Shown: positions 8,970-19,477 of the stretch, piece by piece
Numbering within the stretch: the stretch's first letter is position 1
Layout: each line of letters begins with the position of its first letter
Source of the DNA: Bdellovibrionales bacterium
GTDB lineage: Bacteria > Bdellovibrionota > Bdellovibrionia > Bdellovibrionales > UBA1609
Reading direction: 5' to 3'
NCBI GenBank assembly: GCA_050246815.1
Contig: JBFWVI010000001.1
Span: 22,184 to 86,183, forward strand
Length of the DNA: 64,000 nucleotides
The notes under the pieces: model-generated
The model's input: only the letters and a program-made list of their open reading frames with translations
Databases searched by the model: none
What the model was told of the DNA's origin: nothing
Position numbers and translations under genes: made by a program

Positions 8970-9595
8970 CAAATTTGTGGCGCTGGTGGGTCGGATTGGC
9001 GGTCATGATGCTGATTGCTGCGGGTGTTTGGTGGCTGGCACCTTCGATGTTCGCGCAGCGCAAACTGGCTTCAGAAAATGATCAGATTTTTGAAACGATC
9101 ACCTATGAAATTCAAGACACGCAAGATGAGAAACTTGTGCGTGATATTAAATTGCGTCTGCTGCAGCAAATGAATTGGCAACAGGTCGACGGCGATTGGC
9201 AACTGCAATTAGGCGCCTTTATGCTGCTGAAAGATGAACAGGTGCGAACCGATGCCTGCGCCAATTATAGTGCGGTGATCTACAATTTAGTGGCCTCTGG
9301 CGTGATCGTGGGGGGTGAGCGTCCCGGGTTGACCGTGACGGCCCCTTGCCAAGAGGTGAGTGGGTATTTGGTTTTGCCTAAGCTTTCATTGAGCCAGGTG
9401 CAAAGCCATGTGCAGGGGGCGAGCCAATGGCAGAGCGATCGCGCCCATTACATAGCCCATCGTTTAGACGAGGAGTGGTTCACCGAGTGGGACCTGAACA
9501 CCATCGAGCTTGTACCGGTCAGCCAGGCTCCGGCCATTTTGATCGATAGCATCGAAATTCAAGCCGTTCGCCCGGGTTTCGCGCCGATTCAATAA
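8966..9595 (+). CDS. membrane-anchored hypothetical protein
   Basis: 209 aa with an ATGA overlap with the protease gene and one N-terminal TM helix (WWVGLAVMMLIAAGVWWLA). Confidence 0.55.
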   Translation: MTNLWRWWVGLAVMMLIAAGVWWLAPSMFAQRKLASENDQIFETITYEIQDTQDEKLVRDIKLRLLQQMNWQQVDGDWQLQLGAFMLLKDEQVRTDACANYSAVIYNLVASGVIVGGERPGLTVTAPCQEVSGYLVLPKLSLSQVQSHVQGASQWQSDRAHYIAHRLDEEWFTEWDLNTIELVPVSQAPAILIDSIEIQAVRPGFAPIQ

Positions 9596-9622
9596 GGCAC
9601 GATTTCAAGCCGATAAGAGAGC

Positions 9623-9826
9623 ATGCGAAACAGGGCTTTAAGTCTGAACAATGCGGGTCAAGTGGTGGTGGAATACACGCTGCTTTTGGTGGTGGGCGTG
9701 ATGATTGCGTTTACCATCACGACATTGATGGTCAGCCGGGATCAAAATTCGCCGGGTTTTTTGATTGTCAAATGGTCGGCCATCATCATGACCATTGGCG
9801 CGGATACGGCCGACGATCTCAATTAG
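9623..9826 (+). CDS. Flp-type (type IVb / Tad) pilin-like small protein
   Basis: 67 aa. NNAG|QVVVEYTLLLVVGVMIAF fits the Flp G-x4-EY motif followed by a hydrophobic helix. No tad genes are nearby. Confidence 0.5.
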   Translation: MRNRALSLNNAGQVVVEYTLLLVVGVMIAFTITTLMVSRDQNSPGFLIVKWSAIIMTIGADTADDLN

Positions 9827-10871
9827 TTTTTTGATCCATATCTTTTTTCAAAGCGGGCACAAAGGGGTTAAAATCACGCAGCCAACCTGGCCGTATTTGG
9901 TTTGGCGATTCGTCTTCTTTGAGGGGGTAATGGGCGCCGAAAATATCGGGGCGATCGACCAGATAGTGCTGCTGCGGTTTGGCCAGACGGTCACAGTTTT
10001 TTTGCTCAGAGGCCAAAATCATATTGTGCGCCAACTTGGCTCCAAATTCGACGCCCTGACTGTTCATGACATATCGTTTTCGTTGCCCGACGAATGTTTT
10101 TGCGGTCATAGCTTGTGCAAATAGATCAAAAACCATTTCAAGTCCCACAAGGCCGCCCGCTGCGACTCGGCCCATTATTTGGGCATTGGCAGCCCGCATA
10201 TCACAGTCGAGTGGTAGACCTGTGGGTTTGGTTGCTTCGTCGTAAGCCACAGCCGCGGCACCGAAGAAATGATACCAAGAAGAGGCTTTGCCGCCACGAG
10301 GTGAAATCAGTCGGCCCCAGCCACGTTCGACCTTTGGAAATTTTCCGGAAGCGTGTTTATCTTGAACAATTTTTTGTTCACCCGTGATGTCGACAAGCTT
10401 TTGGAAAAGTGGCCGCTTGGCGCGTCGGATGGGAGGGGCTCTGGGTGTCAGTTCATCGGAATACTGCAGTTCTTCGGATGTGAGCAGATCATAGATCAAT
10501 CGAAGAGCCATTAGGACATTGCCATTTTTGAGTTCAGCAGATTTCTGTAAAAGCTTGAGCGGATCGATCGAGTTGTCCGGTTGACTCAGAATCCATGATT
10601 CTAAGCGGGCGCCATCGGCTTGATTGGCATAATGGTCAAAGGCAAAACCATAAAGCCCAAGCAAGGCCGAATAGGCTGGCGTGTGGTGGTCATACTCTTG
10701 GAAGTTGAAGGCTTGAGGATTTTTGCAGAGTTCAGCCGCAGCGTGATCAGCCAAGGCCTTGCCATCTAAAAAAAGAAAGGGACGATAGTCATAATTTTCT
10801 TGGGCATGGCTTTGGGGCAAAGACCCCAGCCAAGCAAAGGACCAAGTCGCTATCAATATGATGTGGCGCAT
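9819..10871 (-). CDS. secreted hypothetical protein
   Basis: 350 aa with signal peptide ...SLPQSHAQE. No motif recognised. Confidence 0.6.
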   Translation of the reverse strand: MRHIILIATWSFAWLGSLPQSHAQENYDYRPFLFLDGKALADHAAAELCKNPQAFNFQEYDHHTPAYSALLGLYGFAFDHYANQADGARLESWILSQPDNSIDPLKLLQKSAELKNGNVLMALRLIYDLLTSEELQYSDELTPRAPPIRRAKRPLFQKLVDITGEQKIVQDKHASGKFPKVERGWGRLISPRGGKASSWYHFFGAAAVAYDEATKPTGLPLDCDMRAANAQIMGRVAAGGLVGLEMVFDLFAQAMTAKTFVGQRKRYVMNSQGVEFGAKLAHNMILASEQKNCDRLAKPQQHYLVDRPDIFGAHYPLKEDESPNQIRPGWLRDFNPFVPALKKDMDQKTN

Positions 10872-10976
10872 GTATTTTTTTCGGTTTTGTGGGGATAAAA
10901 CTTGAAATCAGCGCCTCATGCTTTGGTCTAGGATTTCACCAGAGCAAACTAGGCTTTGGGGACGATGTCCATCCAA

Positions 10977-11744
10977 CTAGAAATAAACGGAATCGCGGTT
11001 TTTGAGTTCTTCATTCAAAACTTTTTGCATTTGTTCGCGTAGGTCTTCAGCGATTTCGCGGGCTAAATTGTTGTCCTGCGCCGAGGCGGCAGGATAAGGC
11101 AATCGCACTGGCGGCAGAAATTTAATCCGCCATTTCGATGGCAACGGCAAGAAATTCAAAGGCAGTGGCAAAACCAAATTACGCCAACGTCGGCCAAAGT
11201 TAAGCTGACGTAAATTTATTTGCGATTCTTCAGCTCCAATGATCAGCACGGGAACAATTGGCGCGCCTGTGGTCAAGGCCATGCGCACGAAGCCGCGCTT
11301 GAACTCTTGCAAGTCGTAGGCCTTCAGGGACACCTTAAAATTTCCGTGCTCGCCTTCTGGAAAAATGATTACCGGTTGATTCTTCCTCAGCACACTGAGG
11401 CCGTTGGCCATATTCGCTTCAACAAAACCCATTTTTTGGGCGGGGGATGCGGTCAACTTGCTTAAAAACCAGGCGAAGTGGGTCAGCACCCGCGGTTGGC
11501 GCCCCGTGGCTTGGCGAATTTCGTGGGACAGCAGCATGGCATCCAGCCCGGCAAAGCCCGAGTGATTGGCGGCTATAATCACAGCGCCACGCCTAGGGAC
11601 ATGCTCAAGGCCCTCGATCTTGAGGCGAAAGTAGCGACTCATCAGCTGCATCAAAAGCTGTGGCAGCAAGCCGAACACCAAGGCTTCAGGTTTACTTCTA
11701 AGCCAGGGTTCAATCCAGGATGGGATCTTGATCTTTTGCCTCAT
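10977..11744 (-). CDS. 1-acyl-sn-glycerol-3-phosphate acyltransferase family protein
   Basis: HX4D motif NHSGFAGLD and FPEGEHG motif. The start was moved to ATG 11744 (MRQKIK...) to avoid a non-coding-looking extension that overlaps glpK. Confidence 0.8.
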   Translation of the reverse strand: MRQKIKIPSWIEPWLRSKPEALVFGLLPQLLMQLMSRYFRLKIEGLEHVPRRGAVIIAANHSGFAGLDAMLLSHEIRQATGRQPRVLTHFAWFLSKLTASPAQKMGFVEANMANGLSVLRKNQPVIIFPEGEHGNFKVSLKAYDLQEFKRGFVRMALTTGAPIVPVLIIGAEESQINLRQLNFGRRWRNLVLPLPLNFLPLPSKWRIKFLPPVRLPYPAASAQDNNLAREIAEDLREQMQKVLNEELKNRDSVYF

Positions 11745-11777
11745 TATGTTTGAATGGACTACCACGAGGTGATGGCG

Positions 11778-13274
11778 ATGTCGAAATACATTCTGGCGAT
11801 TGATCAGGGCACCACGGGCACGACCGTGGCGATTTTGGACCAAACCGGCGCTTTAAAGGCGCGAGTCACCCACGATTATCCGCAGCTTTACCCAAAACCA
11901 GGTTGGGTCGAGCACAATCCAGAGGAAATCTGGCGCAGCGTCACCCACGGCATAGAGGCCGCCTTAGCCCAAGGCAAAATCATGGGTCATGAGGTCGCAG
12001 CCATTGGCATCACCAATCAGCGAGAAACAGTTTTGATTTGGGATCGTCAAAGTGGCCAGCCCATCCACAACGCCATTGTCTGGCAATGTCGACGCACCAC
12101 TGAGTACTGTCAAAAATTAAGAAAACGCGGTTTAGAAAAGACCATTCGTGACAAAACAGGTTTAGTGATTGATCCCTATTTTTCTGCGTCCAAGATCAAT
12201 TGGCTTTTAACCAATGTACAGGGCGCACGGGCGCGTGCCGCGCGTGGCGAACTGGCGGTCGGCACCATCGACACCTTTTTGCTTTGGCGTTTAAGCGGCG
12301 GCCAAGCTCATGCAACCGATGTGTCCAATGCCTCAAGAACCCAATTGATGAATCTCAAAACCGCAGATTGGGATGCACAACTTCTTAAAATTTTTCAAGT
12401 GCCGGCGGCCCTTTTGCCCGCCATTCAGCCTTCAAGCGGTGAATTCGCGCGCACCAAAAACTTGGCCGGTCTTCCTGACGGAATTCCGATCACCGGTGTG
12501 GCAGGTGATCAGCAGGCGGCGCTGTTTGGCCAAGCGTGTTTTCAGCCGGGTTTAGCAAAATGCACCTTTGGCACGGGCAGCTTCATGTTGCTTAATACGG
12601 GTTCGAAGATGGTGCGATCCAGAGCGGGCATGCTTACCACCGTGGCCTGGCAGTTGAAAAAGAACGGTCCCCTGACCTACGCCTTGGAAGGTGGAGCTTT
12701 TATCTGTGGTGCCGCCGTTCAATTTTTGCGCGATCAATTGGGGTTTATCAAAACCAGCGCCGAAATTGAAAGCCTCGCGGCTCAAGTGACCGACAGTGAA
12801 GGTGTGGAGTTTGTACCGGCGCTGACCGGTTTAGGCGCGCCTTACTGGGACCCCAAAGCGCGTGGCCTGATTTGTGGGATGACCCGTGGGACCAAACGAG
12901 CCCATATCGCCCGCGCCACACTTGAGGCGATGGCCTTGCAAAATGTCGACATCTTGACCGCCATGCAAAAAGATCTGGGGCGCAAACTGCGCGAAGTGCG
13001 GGTCGATGGTGGGGCTTCGGCCAATAACCTGTTGATGCAGTTACAAAGTGATTACTTGGGGCTGTTGATCAATCGTCCACGCATGATTGAAACCACGGTG
13101 GCGGGTGCGGCTTTTTTAGCTGGCCTAGGAGTGGGATTATGGCCTGATCTTAAAACGCTTGAGAACGTTTGGGCCAGCGACAAATTGTTTAGGCCCCACA
13201 TGACCAGCAAGGTGCGCACACTGCGCTTGAAAGCTTGGCATCAAGCCGTTGAGCGTGTGCGACTAGAACTCTAG
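11778..13274 (+). CDS. glpK: glycerol kinase
   Basis: MSKYILAIDQGTTGTTVAI and FGGY-family motifs throughout. GAGG lies 8 nt upstream of ATG 11778 (alternative starts 11754 and 11772). Confidence 0.92.
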   Translation: MSKYILAIDQGTTGTTVAILDQTGALKARVTHDYPQLYPKPGWVEHNPEEIWRSVTHGIEAALAQGKIMGHEVAAIGITNQRETVLIWDRQSGQPIHNAIVWQCRRTTEYCQKLRKRGLEKTIRDKTGLVIDPYFSASKINWLLTNVQGARARAARGELAVGTIDTFLLWRLSGGQAHATDVSNASRTQLMNLKTADWDAQLLKIFQVPAALLPAIQPSSGEFARTKNLAGLPDGIPITGVAGDQQAALFGQACFQPGLAKCTFGTGSFMLLNTGSKMVRSRAGMLTTVAWQLKKNGPLTYALEGGAFICGAAVQFLRDQLGFIKTSAEIESLAAQVTDSEGVEFVPALTGLGAPYWDPKARGLICGMTRGTKRAHIARATLEAMALQNVDILTAMQKDLGRKLREVRVDGGASANNLLMQLQSDYLGLLINRPRMIETTVAGAAFLAGLGVGLWPDLKTLENVWASDKLFRPHMTSKVRTLRLKAWHQAVERVRLEL

Positions 13275-13275
13275 A

Positions 13276-14040
13276 TTAACGATAGCGACAGGGTTCGCAC
13301 TCTTGGGTGGCCGGAGTGCGCGAGTTGAGATCGCGGCGATAAGCAAGCAACGAAATATCTTCGGCCATGGTTAGGGCCGCCTGGTTGGGGCCGTCGGGTT
13401 TCATTTGTTGCAACAGAGTCATCAAGCTGCCATTCCATTCGAGGTTCCCACCCTTGATCGATGGATCGGCTTGAACCAAAAGTCGAAGGTGGATGTCTTG
13501 CAAAGAGTCGTGTTTGAATAGCGCCAAGGTTTGGCTCAGGTCGGCCATGGCTTTGCCGCTTTGTAGATCTTGATAAGTCAGCGTCCAATGGTGGCGTAAA
13601 GTGGCGCTGCGCTGCAGGGCCGTCAGCTCAGCTTCCAGCTCCTCAATTTGTGCCCTGGTCGTGCGCATGGTTTCGCGCAAAGCCGGAAGGCGAGGATGCT
13701 GGTCGTTGAACATATTCATACTGCTCGCGGCTTGGCTGGCCTGAACAAAGTGGGCGTTGAGCTGGCTGATCCGGCGGACCAACACACCCATTTCGCGGCG
13801 AGGAGAGTAGTCCTCACCCACCCATTTTTGATTGTAAAACTGCAGATCGACGGTCAGCATCGCATTTTTTTGCTTCAAATCTTGAGTCAGGCGTTCACTA
13901 AAAACCAACCCCAAAGTGTTCAGGGGAGTGGTTGCCAGCCTGCTTTTGGTCTTCCCATGAGCATGTAAAGTGAACAAGGGCGTCCAAAAAGTCACCACGA
14001 TCAGGGCAATCAGAATGTGGCGAGAAGCAATTAGGTGCAT
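13276..14040 (-). CDS. secreted hypothetical protein
   Basis: 254 aa with an N-terminal hydrophobic signal/anchor. No motif recognised. Confidence 0.55.
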   Translation of the reverse strand: MHLIASRHILIALIVVTFWTPLFTLHAHGKTKSRLATTPLNTLGLVFSERLTQDLKQKNAMLTVDLQFYNQKWVGEDYSPRREMGVLVRRISQLNAHFVQASQAASSMNMFNDQHPRLPALRETMRTTRAQIEELEAELTALQRSATLRHHWTLTYQDLQSGKAMADLSQTLALFKHDSLQDIHLRLLVQADPSIKGGNLEWNGSLMTLLQQMKPDGPNQAALTMAEDISLLAYRRDLNSRTPATQECEPCRYR

Positions 14041-14094
14041 TTACGCTCCATAAATAATTATTAGAGCATCCATTGCAAATTTTAATCCAAGCGC

Positions 14095-15117
14095 TCAGTG
14101 CGTGGCTCCTGACGAGGTATGTCGCTCGGCGTCATAAAGACCGTAGGAAGCTCGAATGGACTGCAGCTCGCCCTTTAATGCATTTTCCATCAGGGTGGCT
14201 TGTTGCTCCGTGATGCACTTGATGTTCTGGCCAAACACCAGCGTCACTTTGTCCTCAGGAACAATATAGGCTCGTGTATGACGATCCAAAACGTTTTTTG
14301 AATAGTCCATTAGGCGGCGACGGTATTCGCATAGGCCCTGAAAATGGCCGCTATCAAAAGCTGCATCCGCACCGACCTCGTTTAAGCCGGCGCGGCAAGC
14401 TTGCGCGTTTTTAGTCTTTTGCTCTTGGGTGACGGACGTGGGTTCGCGCAGCAAATTTTCCATCACAAAGTCACCATTTCGACAGCGGACTTTGCCTTCT
14501 TTGGCCCAATGTCGCCAATAGACATTTTCAATAACCCAAGATGCGGCGGCTGGCGAGTGGGTGGCAAGGGGCATTATTAAATCACCAAAGGCGGCGCGTA
14601 CGACAAAGTCCCCCAACAGGGCCAGCGCGCCAGCGGCAGGGGCTTTGGCGTCGGCGGCTTCGGCCGAAGCTAGGAAAAATTGAAAAAGTGAGGCCTGGGA
14701 ACTCTCTTTGAAGCAATCTTGCGCCAACTTAAAAATTTGCGTCGCTTGAGTCTGATTTTTTAGCTTCAGCAGACGCCCTTGTTGGCACTTGTAAAGAGAA
14801 TCCTTCATGGGAGTCCAACTTATGTTGGCCACCATGAACGCTTCTTTTTTCACCCGGAAGCGGGGTATGCGGTCTTGTGCCGAAATGCCCTGCTTTTTCA
14901 GCTCACCTAAAATTTCTTGATTTTCGGCAGGCAGTAAAATGCCCATTCTTTCATACTGCTCAAGCAGTTCCCCGAAATTTGCGAAGCTATTTAGGTAGCG
15001 CATCCATGTTAATAAATATTGTTGAGTTGGTGTTGATTTGGATTTTTTGACTTTGGCCGAAGCTAAAGGCGCGGCCGTGAATAAGGTCGTCACCAGGGTC
15101 AGAATCATAAAGCGCAT
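14095..15117 (-). CDS. secreted hypothetical protein
   Basis: 340 aa with signal peptide MRFMILTLVTTLFTAAPLASA. Confidence 0.6.
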   Translation of the reverse strand: MRFMILTLVTTLFTAAPLASAKVKKSKSTPTQQYLLTWMRYLNSFANFGELLEQYERMGILLPAENQEILGELKKQGISAQDRIPRFRVKKEAFMVANISWTPMKDSLYKCQQGRLLKLKNQTQATQIFKLAQDCFKESSQASLFQFFLASAEAADAKAPAAGALALLGDFVVRAAFGDLIMPLATHSPAAASWVIENVYWRHWAKEGKVRCRNGDFVMENLLREPTSVTQEQKTKNAQACRAGLNEVGADAAFDSGHFQGLCEYRRRLMDYSKNVLDRHTRAYIVPEDKVTLVFGQNIKCITEQQATLMENALKGELQSIRASYGLYDAERHTSSGATH

Positions 15118-15289
15118 GTGGTCCCCCTTTATCCTCGGTTACCCACTGACGCCCAGTCCGATTCATGCTTAAGAACAGGTTAACGTACAAAGTCACGTTT
15201 TGCAGAGAGAAAAATAAAAATAATTTTAATTTAAAAATAAAGCGTGCGCCGATTTTTCAGCTGTCGAAAGTATCAACAGCCAAAGGCGT

Positions 15290-16747
15290 TTAAAGATCCA
15301 ATTTTTCTTCTGAGCGTGGCGACTCGCGGCGCGTGGCCGAGGGCGCATGGCGCTCTGTACCTGTGGCGAGTTTCAGGGAAAGCCCTTTGATGTCACGAAT
15401 CCAGTGGCAATTGAGTTGTTTGAGCAGGGGCGAATTTTTTAGATTGCGCTGGTTTGAGAGTGGCAAAAAGGCGGACTTGAAGCCAAGCTTGACGGCTTCT
15501 TTCAGACGGTCTTCCACAAACACGGCTGCTCGCACTTCACCTGTCAGGCCGATTTCACCCAAAAAAATCGAATTTTGCGGCAGGGGGCGAAATTGTTTAG
15601 TCGACCAAATGGCCGCCGCAATGGCCAAATCGCAGCTGGGTTCGGTCAGGCGCAGGCCTCCCACCACGTTGACGAAGATGTCTTCATGGGCCAACTCCAA
15701 ATCGACAAATTTATCCAGCACAGCTGCGAGCATGTGGACTCGGTTTAAATCCAGCCCCAAAGCCGTGCGGCGCGGATTGGCCATGGGCGAGGAGTTGGTC
15801 AGGGCTTGAACCTCGACCAGCATCGGTCGACTGCCTTCGAGCGCCGGAAAAATCGCGGCCCCCACGCGCGGTTCCGAACGTTCTTCCAAAAAAATTGCTG
15901 AAGGGTTCATCACTTCCTGCAGGCCCGCCCCGGCCATCTCAAAAACCCCAAGTTCGTTGGTCGCGCCAAAGCGGTTTTTCAGTGCCCTGAGCAGGCGGTA
16001 ATGGTGTTGACCATCACCTTCGAAAGACAAAACAGTGTCCACCATGTGTTCCAAAACGCGCGGCCCGGCCAAAGATCCATCCTTGGTGACATGGCCGATG
16101 ATGAAAACCGTGATGCCATGGGCCTTGGCCAAGCTCATCAATTTAGCGGCGCACTCGCGCACTTGGCCCACCGAGCCTGGTGCCGAGGCAATGTCTTCCA
16201 TGTAGACGGTTTGAATCGAATCGACGATCAAGACCGAGGGCTTTTCGCCCAAAGCCAAATTCATGATGCGGTCCAAGGAACTTTCGGAGGTGATTTTTAC
16301 GCCGGCGGTGGCCACCCCTAAGCGACGGGCGCGTAAAGAGATTTGCTGCACGCTTTCTTCAGCCGAAACGTAAAGCACAGGGGCTGAGTTTTTTGCCAAA
16401 CCCGCCGACATCTGCAACAGCAAAGTACTTTTGCCTATCCCCGGGTCGCCGCCGACCAAAACAAAGCTGCCGTTGACCAGCCCACCGCCTAAGACGCGGT
16501 CAAGCTCACCAAGACCCGTGCTTTGTCGGGCGACAGCGGTGATGGCGATTTCTTCATCCAGGCGTACTAGGCTTGAGGTCGCGTCGACACCGACATTCCA
16601 GCTGCGCGCACCTCGTCCGCTGGAGGCAGGTATTTGGCGTTCTTCAACGAAAGAGTTCCAAGAGCCGCAGTCGGTGCAGCGCCCCTCCCAACGGCTTCGT
16701 TGGGTTCCACATTGCTGACAAACGAATACGCTTTTTGCTTTGGCCAT
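15290..16747 (-). CDS. radA: DNA repair protein RadA/Sms
   Basis: Zinc ribbon CQQCG...CTDCGSWNSF, Walker A GGDPGIGKST, KNRFG motif and a Lon-like C-terminus. The start is set at MAKAKSVF (16747). Confidence 0.93.
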   Translation of the reverse strand: MAKAKSVFVCQQCGTQRSRWEGRCTDCGSWNSFVEERQIPASSGRGARSWNVGVDATSSLVRLDEEIAITAVARQSTGLGELDRVLGGGLVNGSFVLVGGDPGIGKSTLLLQMSAGLAKNSAPVLYVSAEESVQQISLRARRLGVATAGVKITSESSLDRIMNLALGEKPSVLIVDSIQTVYMEDIASAPGSVGQVRECAAKLMSLAKAHGITVFIIGHVTKDGSLAGPRVLEHMVDTVLSFEGDGQHHYRLLRALKNRFGATNELGVFEMAGAGLQEVMNPSAIFLEERSEPRVGAAIFPALEGSRPMLVEVQALTNSSPMANPRRTALGLDLNRVHMLAAVLDKFVDLELAHEDIFVNVVGGLRLTEPSCDLAIAAAIWSTKQFRPLPQNSIFLGEIGLTGEVRAAVFVEDRLKEAVKLGFKSAFLPLSNQRNLKNSPLLKQLNCHWIRDIKGLSLKLATGTERHAPSATRRESPRSEEKLDL

Positions 16748-16956
16748 TCTGACTAAAAGCCAGGAAATCAGTTGGCGCGTCAAGAGTCGAAATCCGGACA
16801 GGACCGCGCATTAACCAAAGGCCCGTTTAAGCGTGTCTTATTGAAGCTGGGAGTCCTCATAAGACGCCTGGCATCACGGAAGATAAATTAACATGAAGAC
16901 TCGCCTTTTCAGGTGGCCTTGGGACAAGTAACATTTTTAAAGGCGCAGGGAGCCAA

Positions 16957-19425
16957 ATGTACAGCCAAGGTGCAAGCAAAACGTCGTCCATCAGGGCGCG
17001 AGTTCTGGCTATTTTTTTAGTCGGATTCGCCGGGGCGAACTTTGTGGCCATGGCGGCTTCTAGCCACCTGGAGCAGGCGCGCGCTTTGGTGCAGGCGGGG
17101 CAAGGTGAAAAAGCGCTGGCGGCTTTAGCACCTCTTTTGGAGATCACCGCACCCGAGGATGAGCGAGTGCTAGCCTTGGTTCTAGCCGGGCAGATCCACT
17201 TAAGTTTGGGGCAGCCTGAACAGGCGCGTGAAAATTTAGAAAAAAGCCTGGTGCTGAAGTCCGCTGTTTCAGCCTACGCCTTCACTTGGTTGGGCGAGAG
17301 TTACTATCGATTGAAGCGTTACAAAGATGCACGCACGGCCTTGGAGCGTGTGGGCTACTTCAAACCGCCCGCCGAGTTGCGTAACCGTGTTCGCTTACTG
17401 CTGGCGGACATCGCCTTGGGCGAAAAAAATTATGGCGAGGCCGAGCGTCACTTAAGCTATCTTGAGCGCAAGTGGCGCGGCTCGCTTTTTTACCCGCATG
17501 TGTTATGGCGCCATCTGCAGGCGGCCACCGTCAGGCGAAATCGTGGCACCGCTTGCCGCTTGGCCCGTCGGCTCTATGCGCAGTATCCAACCCATCCCTT
17601 GATTTACGATTGGTCGATGGATCTTCAAAACGTGCGGGTGGAAGGGCAGCGTTTGGGTTGTGTTGCCAGCAGCAAAGATCAATCGTCGCGAGTGCGACGC
17701 TTGCAGTTGGCCGGTGAAACCGATCGCGCGCGTCGTGAGATGGAACAATTGCGTGGTTCGGGTCGGCGCGCGGATGTGGAGCGTGCCGACATGATGCTGG
17801 TGCAATTTTTAACCAGCGACGGTTATCCCGACGAAGCTTTGAAGATCTTGGTCAAATATTACGACAGTCACAAGAACGACGTGAATTTTTTGTTGAGTCT
17901 GGCGCGGGCAGCGGCGCGTGGTGGCGAGTTTCAGACGGCTGTGGGCCTTTATCAACGTGTCCACGTTTTAGTGCCACGGGCTCGAGTGGGGCGTGAAGCT
18001 TTGTTTCAAGCCGCTTTTTTAAGTTATCAATTTCAAGACTATGACGGCGCCACAAGGCGCTTTGATCGATTCATCGATCTTTACGCCAAATCCGGATTGG
18101 CCAAGGACGCGCGTTGGAATTTGGCGTGGTTGCGCTATTTGCGGGGCGATTTCGAAGGCGCCTACGACAGTTTAATGGCCTTGCGTGCGCCGCCAAAGGG
18201 ACGCCGTCGTCGGGCGCCAACGCGCGATGACCGGGCGATCTACTGGTCGGCGATGTGTCTGGCCAAAATGGGTAAAAGCGCCGAGGCCAAGGAGCTGTTT
18301 GACAGTCTTGAAAAGCCGGATCCCAGCAGTTTTTACGCCCTGGCCGCGCGGGCCAGACGTGAAAGCCTGCCGGCGCCCAAACTCAAAGATGAGTTGCCAC
18401 TTCGCGATTTGGCCGCCACCGCGCCTGCAGAAAATCCGACGGTGGTGAATCCGCTTGAAGCCGCTGATGCGCCCTCTGAAAACGAGTCTGAAGACAATCT
18501 GACTTTGAACCAAGAGGACTCCCAAATCGGTGAAGACGGCGGCGAAAATGCGGCTCTCGAGTTAGGTGATGAGATTTTGGATAGCGACACGGACGAAAAG
18601 GTGGAAATCAGCGATTTTCGCGATCCAAGGCTGCGGCGCCACTTTGAAGTGGCGCAAGATTTGTTGTTGATCGGTATGCCGGATTGGGCGCGCCATGAAC
18701 TCTTTGAGGTGGAGCGCCGCACTCGAAACCCCGGATATTTGAAAAGCCTGATTAAGAGCTATGAGGCTATGGGCTCTTACCATCGATCTGTGGCCATTAG
18801 CGACACCTTCTTTGTCGGCGAGCGTTTGCAAGGCGGATACAGTGGTGCCAAGGGTCTTTGGGAGACCTCGTACCCCCGCGCTTTTCGCAATTACGTCGAG
18901 CGCTTCGCGGATCAATTTTCAACGCCCTCTGAGCTGGTGTGGGCGATCATGCGTGCCGAAAGTCATTTTAAGCCAGATGTGATGTCGCCGGTCGGGGCCA
19001 AAGGTTTGTTGCAACTGATGCCCAACACGGGGCTGCAAGTTTCACGCATTTTAGATCAAGAAGAGAACTTTCAAGTCATGAGTTTGCTAAACCCCGAGGT
19101 CAATGTGCGTTTGGGCACGCGCTATTTGCTTAGGCTTTCCACTAAATTCAAAAATTCTTGGCCCTTGGTGGCCGCGGCCTACAACGCTGGTCCGCACCGT
19201 GTCGACAATTGGCTGACCAACTTCGGCCATCTTGAAATGGATGAGTTCATTGAACATATTCCGTTTTTAGAGACCCGCAACTACGTGAAGAAAGTGGTAC
19301 GCAATTACGCCGCCTACCGCGCGCTTTACTCCAATGATCAGCGCATCTTGGCATGGTTGGCCGACCCTGTGCCCGTGAAGGGGGATGGGCGTCCGGCGCT
19401 GCGCGAAATCTGGGACACTCCTTGA
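16957..19425 (+). CDS. soluble lytic murein transglycosylase (Slt70-like, superhelical N-terminal domain plus SLT domain)
   Basis: 822 aa. The SLT catalytic region is MRAESHFKPDVMSPVGAKGLLQLMP ... AAYNAGPHRV, and the N-terminus is TPR-like. Confidence 0.85.
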   Translation: MYSQGASKTSSIRARVLAIFLVGFAGANFVAMAASSHLEQARALVQAGQGEKALAALAPLLEITAPEDERVLALVLAGQIHLSLGQPEQARENLEKSLVLKSAVSAYAFTWLGESYYRLKRYKDARTALERVGYFKPPAELRNRVRLLLADIALGEKNYGEAERHLSYLERKWRGSLFYPHVLWRHLQAATVRRNRGTACRLARRLYAQYPTHPLIYDWSMDLQNVRVEGQRLGCVASSKDQSSRVRRLQLAGETDRARREMEQLRGSGRRADVERADMMLVQFLTSDGYPDEALKILVKYYDSHKNDVNFLLSLARAAARGGEFQTAVGLYQRVHVLVPRARVGREALFQAAFLSYQFQDYDGATRRFDRFIDLYAKSGLAKDARWNLAWLRYLRGDFEGAYDSLMALRAPPKGRRRRAPTRDDRAIYWSAMCLAKMGKSAEAKELFDSLEKPDPSSFYALAARARRESLPAPKLKDELPLRDLAATAPAENPTVVNPLEAADAPSENESEDNLTLNQEDSQIGEDGGENAALELGDEILDSDTDEKVEISDFRDPRLRRHFEVAQDLLLIGMPDWARHELFEVERRTRNPGYLKSLIKSYEAMGSYHRSVAISDTFFVGERLQGGYSGAKGLWETSYPRAFRNYVERFADQFSTPSELVWAIMRAESHFKPDVMSPVGAKGLLQLMPNTGLQVSRILDQEENFQVMSLLNPEVNVRLGTRYLLRLSTKFKNSWPLVAAAYNAGPHRVDNWLTNFGHLEMDEFIEHIPFLETRNYVKKVVRNYAAYRALYSNDQRILAWLADPVPVKGDGRPALREIWDTP

Positions 19426-19477
19426 CATATATATGGCCTGAACTAAAACCACCCCTTTAGTTGAAAGGGGAACGGGT

